In this document: one piece after another, positions 1-12,299 of the stretch | Layout: each line of letters starts with the position of its first letter | Position numbering within the stretch: position 1 is the stretch's first letter | Assembly: GCF_016433145.1 (NCBI RefSeq) | Contig: NC_058135.1 | Coordinates: 55,936,367-56,000,366 of the forward strand | DNA length: 64,000 bases | Direction: 5' to 3' | DNA from: Gracilinanus agilis | Taxonomy: Eukaryota | Notes under the pieces: model-generated | The model's input: the letters and a program-made list of their open reading frames with translations, nothing else | The model's database searches: none | What the model was told of the DNA's origin: nothing | Made by a program: the position numbers and the translations under genes

Positions 1-179
1 CTGAGTTCAAATTTTGCATCAAACTCTTCCTAACTATGTAATCCTGGGGAAGTCACAGCCTGTCTTCCTGTTTTCTTATCTATAAAATGTGATTGACAAT
101 AGTATCTGCCTTTCATGGTTGTTACAAGGAGTTGCCTCCTTTTGTAAAGCACTATGCTATTATAATTTTGTATTGGTTC

Positions 180-390
180 TTAGTAGGGCAGCTGAGTGGC
201 ACAGTAGGAAGAGTGGCAGTCCTGGATTCAGGAAGATCTTAGTTCAAATCTGGCCTCTGATATTTGCTAGCTGTGTGAACTAGGCAAGTCACTAATAAGC
301 TGGAGAAGGAAAAAGCAAACTACTTTAGTGTCTTGGCCAATAAAACCGCGCAAAAGGGGTCATGAAGAGTTAGACACAACCGAAAAAGAG
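180..390 (+). mobile_element. Mar1/MIR-type CORE-SINE, decayed
   Basis: tRNA-like head gggcagctgagtggcacagt, core ttcaaatctggcctctga..gctgtgtgaactaggcaagtcact, tail gtcttggccaataaaacc..gaagagttagacacaaccgaa. Confidence 0.75.
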
Positions 391-1324
391 ACTAAACTAC
401 AATTGTTCTTACTGTTGTGCAATCATATCTTTGCCTTATCAGTGACAAAAATATCAATCAAAAAGGAACAAAAGAAATGCAACCATGATCAGGAAGTCTC
501 AAAGAAGGGAAATTGAGTAATTAGAAACAATAATTTAGGCACCTGGTTAAAATATATATATTTCTATGTTTCTTTTCAAAATCCTCCTTGTCTCTTTGTA
601 ACAAACTGTTTTGGGATCTTCAAAGGCACACTTATTTAGAGGAAAAGAGTAGAAATAGTCTAATACTGGTTGGTCTTACCTACAAATATTGTTGTGAAAA
701 CATTCTTTCCAGAAAGAGGGCAAAAAGAACTCCTGGCAAATTACGAGATTAGTGTCTTCCCCATTAGAAAGAAATGTTTTGATTTCATTCCTGAGGAAGG
801 AAATACATGTTTGGAACATGAAGATCTGTTGAACCAGAAATTAGAAATTGACTTTTATTGATTCATTTTAATGGTGTGGCTGAAAATGATGAAATCCACT
901 ACCCAAGACTTATGGTAATTTGATCTTACTCACAAAATGAAAGGATCATGGAATGAGGAGACTTTTTCATAGTCCCCTTGCTGACTTTTTATGTCATAAA
1001 TAAGAACTACCAGGACCAGAGAACAGGGGTTGCTTTCTCTCTTCAGTGATAGAATTGTGAAAGGAACACAGACTGATCCCCTACTTTTCGATTCAAAGGA
1101 AACAGGAAATTAGAATTATTGCTGCTGCTGCTGCAATAGGGAGGATTCTTGGTCCTGGGGTTTTCTGGCTGACATCTCACTTAGTTTCCTAGAAGGTTTC
1201 CCATGACAAGTCAGGGCTTTAAACTCTATGCACCTAATATTTTAAAATTCAATTAAATTCTATTTAATTTTTTTAGTTCAACAGATTTTTTTAAAAATCT
1301 GAACAAAAACAAACTTAACATACT

Positions 1325-1510
1325 TCTCCATGGTTCAGTGGAAGGACCACTGACACTAGAATCAGAGGACCCAGCTTCAAATCCTACCTTTGATCCCTGT
1401 GTGACCTTGAGTGAGTCAATTAATTTCCCAGGGTTTCAGTCTCCTCATCTGTGCAATAGAAGGCATTAGCTATATGGCTTCTCAGATCTTTCCTCTCAAT
1501 CTCTGATCCT
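1325..1510 (+). mobile_element. MIR/MIR3-type SINE
   Basis: core gtgtgaccttgagtgagtcaattaat..cagtctcctcatctgt and L3-like tail tctctgatcctat. Confidence 0.7.
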
Positions 1511-1894
1511 ATCATCTTGTCGGTTTTTTCCCCTCTAGTTATTGCTTTTTTACAGATGAGACAAATGCAGTTAATCAGTACCATTACCTCTCTTTTAAAA
1601 AAAATTATTTTAGAAGCAGGATATATTGTGCCTGGGTAGGATTTGAATTCTATTGAAGCTCAGGATAAAGTACAATGGTATTCACTGAACCAGTTATCTC
1701 AAGAGTCCTGCTGATAGAGGATGATGGGTAGTTAAACCTGTACATAGAAGACAGGTCTAACTGCTATTCAAATGAGCAGAATAATTCGCTTTTTCCTTAA
1801 GATTAGTGCTGCCTTCAGTTCAAATGTGGCTTCAGACACTTCCTGGCTATGTGACCATATATTAGAGCTGCTTACCGGTAATAGATCGCCACAC

Positions 1895-2070
1895 TGGATA
1901 GACAGCAGGCTTTTGAGTTATCCTACCATTGACTAGGTCTGCCTGGGTGACTGTGGAGGGACTCTCTTAATCTTTCAGTGCCAGGGGCAACTCTCCAAGA
2001 TTTTAAATTGCCTTGACTATGCTAATTTGTGTGGTTACAGGGAATTTCTCCTCTGAAAGTTTTTTATAAT
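1895..2070 (+). mobile_element. Marsupial CORE-SINE (Mar3/WALLSI2-like tail)
   Basis: cttaatctttcagtgccaggggcaactctccaag tail; related copies at 6675, 9735, 23385 and 44255. Confidence 0.55.
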
Positions 2071-2254
2071 AATAAATCACAAATATGATCTTGTGGGTGC
2101 CCTCCCAGCCATCCAGAATATACATATACAGTACTCTCTCTCATGTGGGTAAAAAGATCCAAGGAAAATAGAGAGGATGTTGAAACATCATGGTGATTTC
2201 AATAGGAGATCTGGAGGACTTCTTTTCTTCCCAAGGTTACAGGGATTTTCTGAG

Positions 2255-2470
2255 GCAGTTAACTCAGTGGATAGAGCACTGGTCCTAGAGTCAGGAAGAT
2301 CTGAATTCAAATATAGCCAATGACATTGCATCTTCCTGGGTATGACTTTGGGCAAAGTAGGTTGTCAGTCTTAATTTTCTTCATCTGTAAAATGGGCAAC
2401 ATAATAGCATCTACCTCCCACAATCAAATGACATTTATGTATGAAGCAGTTGAAAAATGTTTAAGGGAAT
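2255..2470 (+). mobile_element. MIR-type SINE
   Basis: gaggcagttaactcagtggatagagcactggtcctagagtcaggaag head; ttcttcatctgtaaaatggg core. Confidence 0.8.
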
Positions 2471-3639
2471 AGTTCTTATTCTGGTTATTATTTTTATCTT
2501 CTTATTCTTTCTATAATTATCTTTATTATTCCCACTGGTGAGGTGTTTTCCCATTCATTGCCTATTGAAAACTTGTGGTTCTCTCTTGAAAACCCAAGGA
2601 GCAATAAGACGAGATCGTCTCCTGAAAACAAAACCTCCCTTTCATAACAAATTTGGCTAACTTAAACTGCTTAAGGTTGGCTCAAATTGTCTAAGACGTC
2701 AGACCTATTGCAATAAATGTTGAAGCTTTACAATTATGCTTGTAGGCATGTTTAGTTTATCAACCATAAAGTTAAAAACTTTAATAACTATTCCACTTGC
2801 CCCTCTCATTTGAAATCATTTTACTTTTTTTTAGGGTCTACCAAAATTACATTTGACTAAATGTACCTATTTAGTGAAAATGGATTCCATTAGTGCTTAA
2901 TCTTATGCCACTATTGTTTTCTCTTGAAGGAAATAATGGAGAACATTTGCAGATGTTGAATGTCAGGCTCCTGTTTCTAGAATTACAATCTTCTGGGAGC
3001 CACCAGCCACCGCAGTGAGCTGTCAGAACTTCTCCAATACAAGTATGATGCAGAGTTAATTCAGCATATTAAGAGGTCTTTTATTTATTTTTTTTAAGTA
3101 GGTGAGGCAGAAGAATACTAACTGACTGACAGAGAGATCTTAAAATATCCCAACATAGGGTCATGGTTTTCTTCTGAGTTGTCAAGCCATCTTCTCTTCT
3201 CTCAAAAGAAAATGATTAAAGTTTTCAGCTCTCTTCTGAATGGATGGGTTTCTTGTTGAGCTTGTCTTAGTATGAAAATGTGTCGGTTGAATTGTTTCAC
3301 TCATTGTGCTAATCTAAACACTAAAAATCTTTTTGGATAATGGAAGGAAAATAAAATCATTTTCTTATTCCTCAAAGATCATAGGACTAGAAAGGACCAG
3401 AGACGACATCTAGGCCAACCTAATTTCTTCCATTTTATAAATAAGGAAATCAAGTCTCAAAGAGGTTATGAAATGGTATATGTGCTCATATCCTCTAGAA
3501 ACTCGCCTCTCCCTCTCCTTGCAGCCTTAGTATCCAAGAAAAGGGTACTAATTTTTGATAGCCTCTGAAATTGTCAAAGGAAAACATTTACTGGTGCCTT
3601 CTTTCTGAAATAAGCAACAGTTTGCCCTATATAAGTCAC

Positions 3640-3775
3640 ATCTTGCTTTCCCAATTAGATTGTGAACTCCTTGATGGGACGGAATAATTTGTCTGTCTTT
3701 GTACCCTCAGGGCTTAGCACAGAGCAGGAACATATTGTATACTTGACTAACTAATGAATAATTGACTAAGTGTTG
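3640..3775 (+). mobile_element. L2 LINE 3' end
   Basis: attagattgtgaactccttgatggga..gcttagcacag..ttgactaactaatgaa L2 terminus; similar termini at 4270-4380, 7085-7290, 10445-10575, 18160-18345 and 44555-44710. Confidence 0.75.
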
Positions 3776-5384
3776 ACCACCTCCCTGGATAGATATTCAC
3801 TTTATTCATTCTTGAAAATCAGTATCAATTTATTTTTTTTAATATCAACTTAATCATTCAAAGTATAATAGAATATCTCAATATATACTGTATTCTTTGG
3901 GGGACATATAGCACATAATCATATTTCATAATTATCCTAATTTTATATCCTAATCCTAAATTCATATCCATAAATTCATATCCTAATTTCATAATTATCC
4001 TAATTCATAACCTCCATATATACTGTTCTTATATATAGAACATATATAAGTTCTAACCTCTAAGTATGCTGTTAAGTTCAGTTTTTTGTGTTTTCTTGAT
4101 TAAAGTGGAGCATTGCTTTAGTCTTTCTATTTTATGTCTGTTTTTGCTGCTCATTTTAATGAGAGAATATGAGATGATTCCCTCCGAAAAGGAAAATACT
4201 TTGCTTTTATAATATATATGTATATATGTGTATATATTTTATAATAATCTATTGTCATTCGTGTATTTGGCAATAGATTATAAGCTCCTTGAGGGCAAGA
4301 TCTATTTTATTTTTTTTTTACTTTTTAACCACAGCATCTTGCACATAGTGCATACACTGATGAGATCTGTTCCATTGAATTAGGCACATGTCTGAGACAA
4401 CGGAGACCCAAAGATTTCTTGTGGGTATGTAATTAGATTCTTATGTCATCAGAAAAAAAATTTAGAAATGCCGGTGTAGTTGAACCAATAAGAAGCAAGA
4501 AGCTACTGTCTGGAACATTATGTCCCTTGGTTAAAACATACAGTTCTAGTTTTAGTAGAAAGGGGCAATCGACCTCAGTGAAGAACATCAATGATTATTT
4601 CACTCTTCCTTTTGTTCTGACAACTAAATATGGATGTTTTAAACTTTTTTCAGATTAATTAGAATTCTCATGTACTTTCAGAAGGAAAAATCACAAGGGA
4701 AATTAACCTAAGGTTTGATCTATTCCAGCATAATGATTATCATCCCACCAATTATAATCTAATGCTATCATCTTTTCTCACTTTGGGTTTCTTTAAAGAT
4801 TATATTTAATGTACAATTTAACATAAATCCTTATGTGATCTGTTTCAGAACCTGAACTAATCTCCAGTCTTAGTACTCAGAATTTTAGCTTTAAAATAAT
4901 TTCTTTCTCTAAAACTCATCCCCAACAATTAATATGAGGTATGAGTTCTGGATTGAATTGTGAAAAGATGAGCAAGAAATTCTTAGAAAAGAATCTTAAG
5001 GCTTATTTTTCCCATACTTTTATAGTCCCGAGTTGAAATATTTTTTAGCCTCATCCTCTGGAGAAAATAAAATAAAAAGAGATGTTCTATTTATTAAAAA
5101 TAATAACTAAGTTTGATGCAAGCCTTTTGGTATATCTCCATACCTGCTGGAACAAGGCACATTGATATGGATGATATTCCATAGATACGTTTCTTTATGA
5201 GGCCATTGACATATAAAGATCTCTTAACAATATCTGTCAGTGCTTTAACACTCAGGAACTTCTATGGATCTTTGATCTTATTGATGTGTGTGTACTAACT
5301 GAGATGATGAAGGTCACAAACCTCCATCTCTTCATTTCAATTCAATTCAACCCAATAGTTTCTTCTTATTATATTATTATATAT

Positions 5385-5600
5385 ATTGAGGTAGCTAGAT
5401 AGTACAGCATATAGACTTGAGTTCTAATTTTGCCTCATTTGTTCAAGCTGTGTGAGCCTGGGTATGTCATTTAACAACTCTCTTGGTCTCAGTTTTCCCG
5501 TCTTCAATATGAGAATAATAATACTATCTACTTCCTAGGGCTATCATAAGGCTCAAATGAGATAACATATAAAACGAAGTACTTTACAAACTTTAAAGAG
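5385..5600 (+). mobile_element. MIR-type SINE
   Basis: gctgtgtgagcctgggtatgtcatttaac..aatgagataacatat..ctttaaagagttatgtaaat. Confidence 0.75.
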
Positions 5601-6540
5601 TTATGTAAATATTATTTTATTATTATTAATTGTTTAGCATCTGCTATGTGCCAGCCTATATGTTAGACACTAGGGATACAAATGCAAATATCAAAATAGT
5701 CCCTTGAATTTATCTTCTACCTTTTGCCCTTGTCCTCCCATAAACTGTCCACAAGGGGCTTGCTTACTATTCTGTGGATTTTTCTAGTTCTTTATTCATA
5801 AAATGTATACAAATGATATACCTATCATGTTCATTGATCATATTTCTCTCTTGCTATATGACTGGCCAACATCTCATTCCGAGCACACTTTTATTTTTTT
5901 ATATTTGTATTTTTGTATTTATTTATTATTGTATATATTTATATTTATATTTTTATATTTTTAGACCTCTTCTTCACAATTCTTCACTGGTGTGAATGTG
6001 CTTTAATTCCCTCCTACCATCCTGCACCTCTTCTTCTCCAGGCAATTTCATTAGAGACTGTAATATCCTATGATCTGTAGCCATATACCACAACTAGAAA
6101 CAGGTTAGTCTTAATAAAAAAAAAAATCATTTTTTCAGGGAAAAAGTAGAGGTCATTAAAAACACCAGGGGCACACCAGGAGAGAAGACAGGTTAATGTC
6201 ATTTGTTATTTCTATTATAAGAATTACCCCATGGTATCTGACCATTTATTTTCCAACTACTTCTAAATTTTCTGTACTTAAGGACTCAACTTATAATATT
6301 TGGTGTGATGAGGAGCAATCTCTCCCTAATATCATCTCCCCTGTCCTTGTTCTTTCTTTTCATTTAATATTGACATTTGCTCTAACAAGTCAATGGTCTA
6401 ATTATATACTATATACTTACAACTGATTTGCAAAACACATTTCTTTATCAGTTATTTCCTTTCTGTTAAAATGTTTCACTTTTATGTAATGTTATTCAGT
6501 GTGTATTATTTCTAGTGATCCCCAATTCCATGTTTTCCTA

Positions 6541-6612
6541 TGTGGTGTGTGTGTGAGTGTGTGTATATGTATATATATATATATATATATACATATATAC
6601 ACACATACATAC
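6541..6612. repeat. (TG)n/(TA)n/(CA)n compound microsatellite
   Basis: directly visible dinucleotide runs. Confidence 0.95.
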
Positions 6613-6674
6613 ACGTGCATACTCACTTTATGTCTCGTGTATTGGAGTAGCCTAGTATCAAATTATAGGGGATG

Positions 6675-6870
6675 TGGATAATGACTGGACCTGTGATTTT
6701 ATTGGCATAATCACATTCCAGGTGATTCAACTCCCTCTACAGGTTAGCACCTTCAACTTAAAGGGTTGCCTAAAGCACTGAGTAGTTAAGTGACTTGCCC
6801 AGGGTCACATAAGCAGCATGTACCAGAAGTAGACTTTGAACCCATGTCTTCCTGGCTTTCCCTGGCTATG
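6675..6870 (-). mobile_element. Marsupial CORE-SINE (Mar3/WALLSI2-like)
   Basis: reverse of the tail ggacctgtgattttattgg..gggttgcctaaagcactgag, then ttaagtgacttgcccagggtcaca. Confidence 0.65.
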
Positions 6871-7310
6871 CCAGGCTGCCTTTCAGAATTAAACCATGTT
6901 AATTTAATTTCAAGGGTCTTGCAAAGTTCTTTGCAAAATTTTTCTACCTCTTCATTCTTTGCCACAGATGTGCCCCAATTACAGCTTGTAAGATGCAATT
7001 ATCTTCACGGTGGTCTTGTGGAAAATACTTTCCCATGAACATGAAATTGATGACCAAATGTCTCATGAAATGGTGTTTCTTATTACCTCTGCATTTGTGA
7101 CCTCTTTCCCCTAATACTAGTGCCTTCCCTCCATTAATTATCTCTAATTTATCCTATACAGATCTTCTTTGTATGTTGTTTCCCCCTTAGACTGGAATCT
7201 CCTTGAGAGCATGGGCTGTCTTTGTTTTTTTTTTTTTTTTTTTTTTTAGTACTCTTAGTGCTTAGCACAATTCTTGGAAATAACAGACATTTCAAGTGGT
7301 GGTGGTAAGG

Positions 7311-7512
7311 GGGGACTGTTAGGTGGCTCAGTGAATTGAGAACCAGGCCTAGAGATAGGAGGTTCTAGGTTCAAATCTGGTCTCAGACACTTCCTAGCTA
7401 TATCACCCTGGGCAAGTCACTTCACCCCCATTGCCTAGCCTTTATTATTCTTCTGTTTTAGAACCAATACACAGTATTTATTCTAATATAGAAGGTAAGA
7501 GTTTTTAAAAAA
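7311..7512 (+). mobile_element. SINE1_Mdo-type SINE
   Basis: full-length head-core-tail ending gaaggtaagagtttttaaaaaa. Confidence 0.9.
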
Positions 7513-8194
7513 TAGAGACATACTTATCACCTATTAGCTGACTACAATAAATTAACTTTTTTATCAGTTTAAAGAAGACTTTTTAGTCATCCTTGCATTT
7601 AGCTTTGCTTCTCTTATTGGTTTTATTTAAAATATCAATATTAACATGATGTAATTGTTCTGGTAATAAATAAATCTATTGGTCTAGACATGATTCTTGC
7701 GTTTAGAATGGCATATTAGTTCACAGTCTAAAAACTGGGTGATTCTTGGAAACTTTCTCCCTCTTCTCTGCCACTGACCCTGTGCAAGAGAAGAAGACTT
7801 TATAGAACTAAGGACCATTTTCCCTTTTTGGCTGAATGGGTTGCTGTGCCCAAATAATTCATCACCAAATGGCCAGCCAGCTGTTAACAAGCTTACTCCT
7901 TTGTGTTCATCCTCAAAAGCAAACCTTCTCTTACTGGGACCACGAAGGACATTTTTCTCACTTGATATAATGTGTCAGAGCTCATAGAGCCTCCAAGAAC
8001 CACAGGCACTTGTAGGACACAATGAAGCATCAGATGAGGACTTTGTGGAGGTGTTACTTCAAGAGAAATAAAATAATGAAGCTATTGTGGAGCTTTTAAA
8101 AATTTCTGGAAAGGGCAGAAATCAGTGAGCACATCACATCTAGGAAAAATAAGTACCAAGGTTTGGCTCAGATGGAAGGGCAAAGTAAAGAGAG

Positions 8195-8440
8195 AGTGAG
8201 ACGACATAGTGAATAGAATTCTGGGCCTGGAGTCAGAAAGACCTGAATGTAAATTCATCCCCAGACTAGTGGCATGACCCTGGAAAAGTCAATTAACCTC
8301 TTATATCCTCAGTTTCCTCATCTGCAAACTGGGAAAAATAATAACATTGACTTCCCAGGATTTTTGTGAGGATAAGATGACATTACATTTGTAAAACATT
8401 TTGTAAAGCTTAAAGCATCATATAAAGCTAGGTGTTATCA
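8195..8440 (+). mobile_element. MIR-type SINE
   Basis: tctgggcctggagtcagaaagacctgaa..cctcagtttcctcatctgcaaactggg. Confidence 0.8.
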
Positions 8441-8574
8441 TTAATGTATTCATGATAGCTAAAATGATTAAGGCAAAATGAAAAGAAGAATAGAAATGAA
8501 GAAGGGGCATAGGCACATAGATAATTATTCTATTTTTTATTCATGCAATGGGTTTGGAACATTTAATCAATGAT

Positions 8575-8815
8575 GAACTCTGAGGAAGAATGGGGAGAGA
8601 GGATATTGTCAAGACGTTATAGGAAAAGAAGGTTAGAAAGAAGTTGGAAGGGAGATAGTTGGACTGCTTCAGTGGTACCTTCCTGATATTGAGAGAGAGC
8701 AAGGAAGACCTCCAACACATTGGGTCGACATACTTTTGTATATTTATGAGACCAGAGTGAACATAGATGAGGTAGAGACAGATGGGATCTGATCTGCTTC
8801 CTTGGGGAGAACTTC
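8575..8815 (+). mobile_element. RTE LINE 3' fragment (or RTE-derived SINE)
   Basis: translates QWYLPDIEREQGRPPTHWVD, resembling the W..R.GRP..RW.D C-terminal motif of RTE-clade reverse transcriptases. Confidence 0.7.
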
Positions 8816-9734
8816 TGAATTGATGAGATCACAAACTTGAATATATTACTACCTTTAAAACCATAGTTTTAGCTTTTTAAAAAATATGAATCTTTTATTA
8901 CATAAGGCATTACTACACATTCCCAACAAAATTTCAAAACAATTGGTTATTTCATTTTTTTATTTTCCATTTTTCAGTTTGGTTTGTGTCATATAGTCAC
9001 AGCCTTGTTTGCTTCCTAATACATAGGAAGCTAATGTTTTTCTTGGTATAAGATATAATGTCATAAGTTTGTTTCAACTTTTAAAATTACAAATAAGATA
9101 CTTAATATCTTTATCACCCTGGGAATTAGTGCCTAAAATGTGACAAAGAAATATGAAAGATGAACATGTATACAAAGATGTGATAAGAGAGGATTGTTTT
9201 TATGGAAGTATGCAAAAGATGATAAAGAAAGAAAACCAAACATTTACCAACCAAATTATTTAAAACAATGTTGATTTTCTTGAATACACATAGATTAAAA
9301 ACGAATTAAACATGACTTAAGAGAATTTAACTTTTGTCACACACTAAATAAAGTCAAATTTTCTAAATGTTTAGTCCTTTATTAATATAAATATGTGCTT
9401 TTATCATAGATTAGTTCTTCCTGAGCTTAGAAACTGCAAAACCACACTTCAAACAACGTTGGAATGTTGTCAACAACCAGAGGTTAAATTACAGTCTTTC
9501 TGTTTAATCCATCTACCATCTAGCACTCATTTTAATTAGAATAAAGAATGCTGCATCCACCCATTTGGATTAACTGATTACAAACTTTCAGACTAGGTAA
9601 AATTTAAACCTTCAATTTTGTAACATTAGACACCATATAACTTATAACACGCCAAATGGTACTTGTAAGGCAGACTTCTCCTCTGAAACTGAAAGGGAGG
9701 CAAAGCTCGTTAGACTCCTCTTGGTATCTATTGG

Positions 9735-9945
9735 ACCTTATGAATAGGGAGCTGGCCTTGCAGGTAGGAAGACTTAGGCTGAAGTCCTACTTCTGGCACA
9801 AACTGGCTGTGTGACTTTAGTCACAGACTCTTCTTAATGTCCTAGGAAAATTTCTAATGGATGAATACTTTTTGATCTTTGGTGGTGGATGAGATTTCCC
9901 TCACTAGGAGTTCATACCACCAATGAAACCAGAATGTGAAAGGGG
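9735..9945 (+). mobile_element. Marsupial CORE-SINE (Mar3/WALLSI2-like)
   Basis: gggagctggccttgcaggtaggaagac head; gagatttccctcactaggagttcataccaccaatgaaacc tail. Confidence 0.65.
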
Positions 9946-10623
9946 AATCCAAAACATCTGCCATCTTTCCAGTTTTGAATATAATGCCCTCATCTTCCTG
10001 TTTCTTTCATTCTCACTTTTTCGTCATTATAGGAATGGAACATAATAGGAAGTGTGGTAGTGAAAGAAATGACTCCATTCAGATTTTCAAAGTCAAGATT
10101 TCCTAGGTTTAGAGAGCAACCATGAAAATTGAAGCAAATGGCTACATCTGAGCTCTACACACTTGTGAAATGAGCTGTCCTTGCTCTAAATTTGAGAATT
10201 AAAGACTTTTTTAAATGGAAAAACTGGAGCAATCTTACAACTGAATGACTCAGTTTTTTTTACAAGTTTGTCATCTCACACTCATTTGGAAGGACCAATC
10301 ATCTTCTTCTAGGTAGTTGCCACATAAATTAAAACTTAGGTACTATCTGCATGCTTAATTCGTTAAGAAATTCTCTATCATAACATTCTTATTTTCAAAA
10401 CTCTTGAAAAAGAGCCTTTTAAAAATGGTAATTTCCTAGACAATTTGAAAGACACTCTTTGAGGGTAGGACTCCTATCTAACTCATCTTCTCCCTAACAT
10501 CTAGTACAGAGCATAGCACACAGGTGGCATTCAATGACAACACACTGAAAGAAGGAATCAATGAATGAAGAAATTAAGAGTTAAAGTAATATATTTGCAT
10601 GGTCTGCCTTAAATAAGACTTAC

Positions 10624-10629
10624 CAGATA
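10624..10629 (-). other. Candidate 6-nt microexon (TATCTG)
   Basis: minus strand ..gttctaatttttcttggcattttctttag|TATCTG|gtaagtctt; sequence signals only, host gene unknown. Confidence 0.25.
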
Positions 10630-11404
10630 CTAAAGAAAATGCCAAGAAAAATTAGAACAAATAAGGATTTCCAACAGAGGGTGAACCAATACCTTTTTAC
10701 TAAAGAGAAACTCCATTCCTTTTCTCCTCTCACTAAAGCCAGCAATACAATGTAGGCAAACCTCTACTTCCCTTAATGGGTTGGGCTGGACTGAAAAGCC
10801 ACAAACTGGCCAAATCAATGATAAGTAGGAAGCACTGTGTCTTATTTCATGAAAATCTTATTGTGTGTTTAATTTTTAGCATTTGATCCATAATGACTTT
10901 TCCATCTTCCTTCAAAGAAAAAAAATCTTCAGTTTCAAAACCATGTGTCAGAGAACAAATCTGTCCTGAATTATATTATTCTGAACTAGCTGGAAGACAC
11001 TCTTTCTTCATAATGCCTGATTTCGACAGGGCATGGATATACAAACAAATTGTTTAATTTTTTTCAAGTCTTTATTTTTGTATGAGGAGAACTCGAAGTA
11101 TCACCTTGTGGCTCTGCTGTTAAATAGACCTACATGTTCTCCCTGCATTTTACTTGCTTTCTCAGGAAGCACAAGCTGGATCCAATTTTGAAATGAAAGG
11201 GCACGGCACCAACAATTTATTTATTTATTTATTTTGCAGAGAAATGGCTTTACAATGTTTGCTGTTAGGGTTCTTTTATTTAGTTTTTGGTTTTTTTTTT
11301 TTTTTTTTTTTTTTGGTATTATTAGTCTCTTCAAAATGTGAATGGAAAATGTCTGCTAGAGGGCTTCACATGCTTCTGGTTTGCTAGCTTGATGCTGTCT
11401 ACTG

Positions 11405-11760
11405 CCAGAGAAGAAAGAAGGAAGGAGAAAAAGGAAGAGAGATGAGGAGGAGGAGGTGAAGGAGAAGAAGAAAAAGATGGTGAAAGAGAACAAGAACAAG
11501 AAGAGAGGGATGGAGAGGAAGAGAGGGAGAGTGACACAGGGAAAGAGAGGGAGGGAGGAAAGGAGAAATAAAGGGAGAGGGAGGAAGAAAGGAAAAAGGT
11601 AGGGAAAGAGGAAGGAAGGGAATGAAAAGGGAAGAAAGGAAGGAAGGAGGGAACAAAGGGAATAAAGGAAGGGAGGAAGAGAGAGGAAAGAAAGACAGAA
11701 GGAAAGAAGGAAGGAACAAAGAGAGGAAAGAAGAGAAGGAAGGAAGGAAAGGGGGGGAAA
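11405..11760 (+). repeat. About 350-bp polypurine (GA-rich) low-complexity tract
   Basis: almost exclusively A/G on the + strand. Confidence 0.95.
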
Positions 11761-11791
11761 ACCTAATCTCTGGTCAGCAAGTATTTCTTTT

Positions 11792-11984
11792 CTTTTCTTT
11801 TTTTTTTTAAACCCTTGTACTTAGGTGTATTGTCTCATAGGTGGAAGATTGGTAAGGGTGGGCAATGGGGGTCAAGTGACTTGCCCAGGGTCACACAGCT
11901 GGGAAGTGGCTGAGGCCGGGTTTGAACCTAGGACCTCCTGTCTCTAGGCCTGACTCTCACTCCACTGAGCTACCCAGCTGCCCC
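11792..11984 (-). mobile_element. Young SINE1_Mdo-type SINE with target-site duplication
   Basis: TSD caagtatttctttt at 11778-11791 and 11984-11997; differs by one base from the copy at 18356. Confidence 0.95.
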
Positions 11985-12159
11985 AAGTATTTCTTTTTTT
12001 GACAAACATTAGGTGAAAAGTAATTTTTTGTATGTCTTAGAGATTGTACATGAAATATGTGAAATAAACAATAAGAACAACAGTAATAGCCAACTTATTC
12101 TTGTGTTCTATCTTTTGCTTCTTAGAATCACAATAAGAAAGAGAGATTGAGACACACAC

Positions 12160-12163
<4 letters not shown>

Positions 12164-12210
<47 letters not shown>
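12164..12210. repeat. (GA)n microsatellite
   Basis: directly visible. Confidence 0.95.
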
Positions 12211-12211
<1 letters not shown>

Positions 12212-12299
12212 TCTTCTGCTTCTACTTCTGGAAAGTACTCAAATGATATTGGAATAGCAGCATGTATAAGTCAAAAGGAAAACGCTGCAAATTTAAGCA

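Noticed and set aside
676-800. Minus-strand AG|gtaaga donor at about 679 with an upstream cctcag acceptor
   Set aside because: The implied exon has stop codons in all three frames; the alternative acceptor is weak; no supporting homology.
1876-1893. 18-nt minus-strand microexon candidate (TGTGGCGATCTATTACCG) with a gtaagc donor
   Set aside because: The acceptor side is the decayed head of a SINE, the pyrimidine tract is weak, and another AG lies about 14 nt upstream.
6919-6936. ttgcaaag-tt-ctttgcaa 8-bp hairpin
   Set aside because: Short enough to be expected by chance in AT-rich DNA.
9685-9694. Single perfect ISRE-like GAAACTGAAA
   Set aside because: An isolated 10-mer with no neighbouring cluster; likely by chance in 64 kb.
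11331-11810. ORFs of 62-106 aa rich in S/L/F/P or E/R/K/G
   Set aside because: Translations of the polypurine tract and poly-T.
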